Shown here: positions 59,275 through 64,000 of the stretch, piece after piece | How positions within the stretch are numbered: position 1 is the first letter of the stretch | How the letters are laid out: every line of letters starts with the position of its first letter | Source of the DNA: a virus | IMG/VR virus record: IMGVR_UViG_3300024999_000091 | Coordinates: 4,256 to 68,255 of that record | Strand: one strand, 5' to 3' | DNA: 64,000 bases | The notes under the pieces: generated by a model | The model's input: only the letters and a program-made list of their open reading frames with translations | Told to the model about the DNA's origin: nothing | Databases searched by the model: none | Translations under genes and position numbers: made by a program

Positions 59275-59631
59275 TCAGGCTGTGGGCTTTGGCTTACGAG
59301 CAGATTCCAGTGCTCTGGCGTGGCTTGCATGCAAAGAAGCCCTGTGTTCGTAGTGTGTTTGAAGCGTCCGCAGCGCCCTTGCGAGAGTGCCGTCTGTTGC
59401 TTCAGATAGCCATGGGGAGTTTTTACCGAAACCCGAACTTTTCACTTCATATTCGACAGTTTCATTTCTCTCTCTTCTCACGACTTGTAAAGTTGAAAGC
59501 CGATTAAACCCGCTACTCTGTATACCGGTGGCAGAAAGATATCCGCCCACGTCAGAGTACGGTCTATGCACCGTCCATTCGTACCCAGGCATTATTTTCA
59601 CGAGTTCTTTTCTAAATTCAGATGTGTTCAT
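59275..59631 (-). CDS. Hypothetical protein
   Basis: Identical to 115..471. Confidence 0.75.
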   Translation of the reverse strand: MNTSEFRKELVKIMPGYEWTVHRPYSDVGGYLSATGIQSSGFNRLSTLQVVRRERNETVEYEVKSSGFGKNSPWLSEATDGTLARALRTLQTHYEHRASLHASHARALESARKPKPTA

Positions 59632-59664
59632 TTCTGCTCCATCGCAGATATTGATATTACTTTC

Positions 59665-61632
59665 CTATTGAGCCTCGAAACGCAGTTTCTTATCCGGTTC
59701 CGACACCACCATGCAAATCACCTGACTCTTCATCTCCGGCATGGTGGTCAGTGATTCTTTCCCATCCACAAATACCATCGGATGGAAGCCGTAGTAGTCG
59801 CCAACCACATCGATGATTTCCAGCCCGGCGTGGATCCTCTTTGCATGGTTGAGAGAATTGTAGGGCACCCCGCAAACTTCGGCTTCGCAAATTGGCTCGA
59901 TACCGCCGTTGATCTGGTTCTTGAATAATCTGAATCGCACTGTGGGGAATCGGCTGTTGATTACGCCTTCCAGCATCTCGCATTTCTTTTTGATCAGGGT
60001 TTCGATAAGGAAGAGGTTGCGCTCAGTTACCTCGAATTTCGCGGCCAGGTCCTTCTCTTCTTGCTTGAGTTCGGCAATTCGCGCATCGTCTTTTTCAGCC
60101 TGATCAATTTGAGCGATTACTTTCTCGGTTTCTTCGATTGATTTTTCGAGCCTGGTTTTTTCGGCTGTCAGTTTCTCTACCAGATCGCGGCTCCCCAACT
60201 TGTTCTTTTCCAGTTCCAGATGGAGGTTGCTCATGGAAAAATCAAGGGCGGTGAGTTCCTGAGTTTTGCCGTCATCATCTTTTGCCTTTTGCAACTCGCC
60301 GGTGACTTCCTGAATGCTTTTTTTGAGGTCGGTAATGGTTTTGCCTGTGGCTTCTATCTCGACGCCATACGCCTTAATTTCGGCATCCAGTTCGGAGATC
60401 CGCTGGTTGTTCGCCTGGCCGGTTTCCACGCACTTGGTCAGTTTTGTGGACTTCTCCAAGTTGAAGGCCTTCTCTGCTGCCTCCAGTTGATCTGCCGGGA
60501 GAACCTGAGAACAATATGGGCAGTGATCTGCCGGGAGAACCTGAGAACAATATGGGCAGTGGTTTCCGGTGAAAACAAGGGCGTCGATAGCGGCATATTC
60601 ATCCCTGAGCTTCTCCGTCACCTCGACGGTGTGCTGCCGGTCGCTGGTGGCTATGCCGAGATTGGTTTTTGCCGTGCTGGTCTTCAGGTTGAGTTTTGGC
60701 TCTTCCTGTTTCAAGTTGTTGAGCCGCTCTTGGATATCCTGGACCTTCTTGTTCTTGGCCTGCAGAATGGTATTTTTCAGCTGAGTGATCTGCAATTCGA
60801 CATCGGCGATCTTCGCCTTGGTCGCCGCCACCCCGCCACCCATTTCCGCCTGGGTGAGTTCGGTGTTTTTGGCCGCCAGCAGGTTTCTTGTCGACGTGAG
60901 AAAATCAGCCTTGGCGCTCTTCTGGCCGGAATCGACATTCTCCGGCCGGCCACGCTGCACCTCGTCAATCCTCGCCGGAATGCCCTCGATCTTGGTATTG
61001 ATTTCTTTCCGCTGCGACATGATGGTCGCCTTGAAGGCTTCCGGATCTTTTCCTTGAAGGAGAGCAGGAAGAGCCGAGAGTTCGGGGAAGGCGTTGATGA
61101 CATCGGCGTCAGTGATGGTGCCGCAGATATTAAGCAGAAGAGTTATCCGCTCCTTCCAGTGCATGGTCTCGTTGAAATAGGTGCAGGATGTGAGCAGTTT
61201 GAATATCTGTTCGCCGGTAGTGATCTCGCCAACCTTAATTTTATAGGCACCTTCGGTGACCGGCGTATCGTCGATATAATATTCTGTCGTGTGCCCCGTC
61301 AATTCCTTTAGGACCGAGCCACGTTGTTTCGTCCACTTCTCAGTCATTACCCTGCAAAGGGAAGTGGTTCCCTGGGAAATTCCATTGGTGAAGACGGCTT
61401 TTACTTCACACTCAACTGGTGCGATTGGGGTCCCAACCATGCCGATCGGTTTGATTGCGAAGTTAGCTTGGTCCAGGCTGTCTTTGCCAAAATAGAGCCA
61501 TTGTACGGCATCGCAGATCGTTGATTTGCCGGTGGCATTGTCACCATAGACGGTCAAGTTCTTGCCGTCCGGGGTAAAAGTAAAATTGGTGAATCCCTTA
61601 AAATTGCGGATTTGTAATTCTATCAACTTCAT
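59665..61632 (-). CDS. SbcC/Rad50-like coiled-coil ATPase
   Basis: RNFKG, GDNATGKST, long coiled coil, CPYC hook, FVDGKES Walker B. Confidence 0.88.
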   Translation of the reverse strand: MKLIELQIRNFKGFTNFTFTPDGKNLTVYGDNATGKSTICDAVQWLYFGKDSLDQANFAIKPIGMVGTPIAPVECEVKAVFTNGISQGTTSLCRVMTEKWTKQRGSVLKELTGHTTEYYIDDTPVTEGAYKIKVGEITTGEQIFKLLTSCTYFNETMHWKERITLLLNICGTITDADVINAFPELSALPALLQGKDPEAFKATIMSQRKEINTKIEGIPARIDEVQRGRPENVDSGQKSAKADFLTSTRNLLAAKNTELTQAEMGGGVAATKAKIADVELQITQLKNTILQAKNKKVQDIQERLNNLKQEEPKLNLKTSTAKTNLGIATSDRQHTVEVTEKLRDEYAAIDALVFTGNHCPYCSQVLPADHCPYCSQVLPADQLEAAEKAFNLEKSTKLTKCVETGQANNQRISELDAEIKAYGVEIEATGKTITDLKKSIQEVTGELQKAKDDDGKTQELTALDFSMSNLHLELEKNKLGSRDLVEKLTAEKTRLEKSIEETEKVIAQIDQAEKDDARIAELKQEEKDLAAKFEVTERNLFLIETLIKKKCEMLEGVINSRFPTVRFRLFKNQINGGIEPICEAEVCGVPYNSLNHAKRIHAGLEIIDVVGDYYGFHPMVFVDGKESLTTMPEMKSQVICMVVSEPDKKLRFEAQ

Positions 61633-61722
61633 GGTAATATTCTCCTTGTGGGTTGGCTCGTCACGCCGTTGCTCCCCGGTCCATTCTCGTTTGGGCCGGG
61701 GAGTTTTTATTTCAGGTTGGCC

Positions 61723-62586
61723 TTATCGAACGTTGATAATTGGTACCTGCAACTCACCCATCGCTTCTTTGATTTTCTCCATCTCGGAGTTGAAGGCATG
61801 GTCCAGAATCTTATGCAGATTCTGCATGACAAAGAAGATTCTCAGGCTGCCGTCCTCGACCGAGAACCGGAGGCTGCACTGAATTTCGTAAGGCTTGGTG
61901 CCGTAGAACGGCGGGACGGTAATGGTGAAAGCAGACCGAAAATCCATGTCTCCCTTCTGCTGCTCACCCTTCACCTCTTCGGAATATGAAACGTTCTGTT
62001 GACCGGTGGCGGTATCGATCGAACTCTCCCATTTCGCCCGCTTCTTGACCTTGAGATTTTGTACCATGGTCAGCATCTCGCCGGCTGGTGGGTCGCTGAT
62101 ACTATCAAGGTTTTCTTCGATGAAATAGGCAATGTCCATTTGCCCCATGTGAACCCTGTTCTTCCCAAGCCATCGCTTGAATTCTTCAGTGGCGACCAGC
62201 TCGAAATTGATACTCCTGTCGCTGTGCCCAGCCTTCTCGCCATTCTCGGCGAAGTTGATGATAGCCTTAAAGGTACGCTCCTCCACGTCAGCTTTGATGA
62301 TGGTGGTGGCCGGGATTAACTCCCGTCTTACCATGAGGACGAAAGAGTCGACGTCGGCAACGGTCACGAGTCCGGTGTTCCGCATCGGCCGGCCGGTTTC
62401 CCTGACTATTCTGCGGTCTTCCATCTCCTCGTTGCGCTTGGCGAGGTCGTGAGTTGCCAACGAACATCCTTCCGGAAGGATGGCATAAAGCATCTCCTTT
62501 TCTTCATTTACTTTCGCCATAGCCAATCCATTCATAAGCAACTCCCTGATCGACTCGGCAGCCGGGATTTTCTCCATTTCTTTCAT
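61723..62586 (-). CDS. YfdQ/DUF2303-family phage protein
   Basis: GH.D...L..TEEF..W.....MGQ..IA.FIEEN...F.ITVPPF.G. Confidence 0.75.
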   Translation of the reverse strand: MKEMEKIPAAESIRELLMNGLAMAKVNEEKEMLYAILPEGCSLATHDLAKRNEEMEDRRIVRETGRPMRNTGLVTVADVDSFVLMVRRELIPATTIIKADVEERTFKAIINFAENGEKAGHSDRSINFELVATEEFKRWLGKNRVHMGQMDIAYFIEENLDSISDPPAGEMLTMVQNLKVKKRAKWESSIDTATGQQNVSYSEEVKGEQQKGDMDFRSAFTITVPPFYGTKPYEIQCSLRFSVEDGSLRIFFVMQNLHKILDHAFNSEMEKIKEAMGELQVPIINVR

Positions 62587-62630
62587 GAAAGTTCTCCTTC
62601 TTGTTGGTGTGTATTTGATTTCTTACTGGA

Positions 62631-63035
62631 TCACTGGACCCTGATTACTTCGCCTGTTTCAGGGTTCACTCTTACAGATTCTTCCTCTCCGTCAACCCTC
62701 ACGGTATCAGCCTTGGTTTTCACCTTCACGGCGTCGCCAAGGGACATCTGCCTGGGGCTCCGGCGGGTGATATTGCCATCCGAATCTGCGAACATCACCG
62801 TAGGCTGTACGGTGAATTGAGGCACCTTCTCTTTAAAGTCATCCTTGATAATTACCTGCATACCTTGTGGGGAGAATGAGAGTTTCAAGATAAGTTCTCC
62901 CTTCTTCCCGGTCTGCACACATGCCGCAGTGATGTTTTTCACTTTCTCGTAAAGTTCCGCCACGCAATCACCGTCTCGCAGCTCTCCAAGAAAAAGAATA
63001 CCGTCAGCGTATGTTGCTCTGTTTTCTTCCTTCAC
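62631..63035 (-). CDS. Hypothetical protein typically paired with DUF2303
   Basis: FLGELRDG...TGKKGELILKL...FADSDGNITRRSPRQMSL; GGAGG RBS before GTG. Confidence 0.7.
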   Translation of the reverse strand: MKEENRATYADGILFLGELRDGDCVAELYEKVKNITAACVQTGKKGELILKLSFSPQGMQVIIKDDFKEKVPQFTVQPTVMFADSDGNITRRSPRQMSLGDAVKVKTKADTVRVDGEEESVRVNPETGEVIRVQ

Positions 63036-63113
63036 TTCTGTTCCTCCATCGGTGAAATCCAACGTTTCGATACGAGCTCGACTTCCTCGGCTCTTCCTTC
63101 AACTCTTCGAGGT

Positions 63114-63473
63114 TCAGCGCCCGCCTCCTGTCGTATCGTTTTCGGCCCATCGCCTAAACTCCTCCTCCATGAACATGAGGGCAATCCCTTTCTTGACCTG
63201 CCCTGTTGAAAATCTGTACAGCCTCCACCCGTTCTGAGCGAGAAGAGCATACTTGATGCAATCACCTTCAAACCCGGTGATTGAGGTATGCCTGCCGCCA
63301 TGGTAAAGGCCGCCCTCCACCTCCAGTGCTACTTTCTGCTCCGGCCACGCGAAGTCGATCCTGTACTTTCTCCCGGGCAGGAATAAAAACTCACGCTCCG
63401 GGATGGGATGTTTGAACGCCCTGATGGCCAGATAAAAACTCTCTTCCGCTTCGGACAATTCCTTGCTCATCAC
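63114..63473 (-). CDS. PD-(D/E)XK endonuclease (DUF559/Vsr-like)
   Basis: PEREF...RKYRIDFAWP..KVALEVEGG...GRH...D..KY...GWRLYRF. Confidence 0.8.
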   Translation of the reverse strand: MMSKELSEAEESFYLAIRAFKHPIPEREFLFLPGRKYRIDFAWPEQKVALEVEGGLYHGGRHTSITGFEGDCIKYALLAQNGWRLYRFSTGQVKKGIALMFMEEEFRRWAENDTTGGGR

Positions 63474-63481
63474 CCTTCCTC

Positions 63482-63682
63482 TCAGGTGAAGAAGTAGTTC
63501 GGCTCAACCCCAAATTCCGCGCACATTTTTTCGAGCGTCGGAACCGAAGGGGTAATCGATCCGTTCTCATACCCGTTCACGACAAAATTGGTTTTCACGC
63601 CGATGCGCTTACCAAATGAGTAAACCGTGAGCTTATGCTTCTCTCTGAGTTTCCGTACTTTTTTCGGCTTAAACTTGAACAT
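63482..63682 (-). CDS. Cro-like HTH regulator
   Basis: LREKHKLT...GKRIGV.....YENG...PS...LEK; GGAGG RBS; first gene of the replication operon. Confidence 0.8.
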   Translation of the reverse strand: MFKFKPKKVRKLREKHKLTVYSFGKRIGVKTNFVVNGYENGSITPSVPTLEKMCAEFGVEPNYFFT

Positions 63683-63699
63683 TTTCCTAACCTCCAATG

Positions 63700-63825
63700 T
63701 AGTATTATGCTACTAGCGAATGAGTATTGTTTAGCACATAATTATTTACTGTGCAAGGGTATTATTGCACTAATGCGTTTTTATAGAAATAGGTTATTGA
63801 CAGTTGGTTTTTGGAATGGTAGTTT
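63700..63825. promoter_or_regulatory. Divergent promoter/operator region
   Basis: Rightward TTGACA-N17-TAGTTT (63797-63825); palindromes GTAGTATTATGCTAC, GCACA..TGTGC, GTGCAA..TTGCAC. Confidence 0.65.
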
Positions 63826-63873
63826 TGTGGGGAATAGTGGTGGGGTGGCAGGCAATAAAGCCCTGCCATATTC

Positions 63874-63886
63874 GAAAGTATAATCA
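63874..63886 (+). other. Right inversion site GAAAGTATAATCA
   Basis: Start of the direct repeat of 4138+; preceded by a TGGCAGG/CCTGCCA hairpin. Confidence 0.8.
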
Positions 63887-64000
63887 GTTTTCGCGATGGA
63901 GCAGAATTTGAAAAATTACCTATCGATGGGTTTCGGCGTAAACTCGGTTGCCCTATACCTGCTGATGCAGGATTTAGAAATGGAGTTTGAGGCGGTGTTT
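63874..64000 (+). repeat. Direct repeat of 4138..4264 (start of the next genome copy; 5' end of the PAPS-reductase-like gene)
   Basis: Identical sequence at an offset of 59,736. Confidence 0.95.

Larger units (their letters stand above)
55602..59745. repeat. Large inverted repeat, right arm
   Basis: Reverse complement of 1..4144. Confidence 0.97.

Noticed and set aside
63730-63760. dif/Xer site
   Set aside because: GCACATAA resembles a XerC arm, but there is no TTATGTTAAAT XerD arm; better read as an operator.

Overview
The window holds no host genes. It contains one complete ~59,736-bp unit (4138..63873) of a podovirus-like phage with a Bcep22/N4-capsid-like gene set, plus parts of the neighbouring copies. 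The unit carries TerS, an intein-containing TerL, portal, scaffold, major capsid, tail and ejection genes, a 4365-aa DarB-like polyvalent protein, a GH108 lysis region, and early, replication and recombination genes. Bases 1..4144 are an inverted copy of 55602..59745 (all ORF translations are identical). Bases 63874..64000 repeat 4138..4264 directly. Both junctions map to a 13-bp imperfect inverted-repeat pair, GAAAGTA(T/C)AATCA. The simplest reading is that the 8.3-kb cro-to-dnaB module (55596..63886) is invertible and is captured in opposite orientations in two adjacent genome copies, although an amplification or assembly chimera cannot be excluded. I recognise no integrase, invertase or CI repressor. 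Other notable items are a third related site, repeated leader elements before small genes, an antisense HNH gene and two +1-frame genes nested in the giant gene, a tRNA-like element and several structured RNAs. All family calls come from motif recognition by eye, not database searches.
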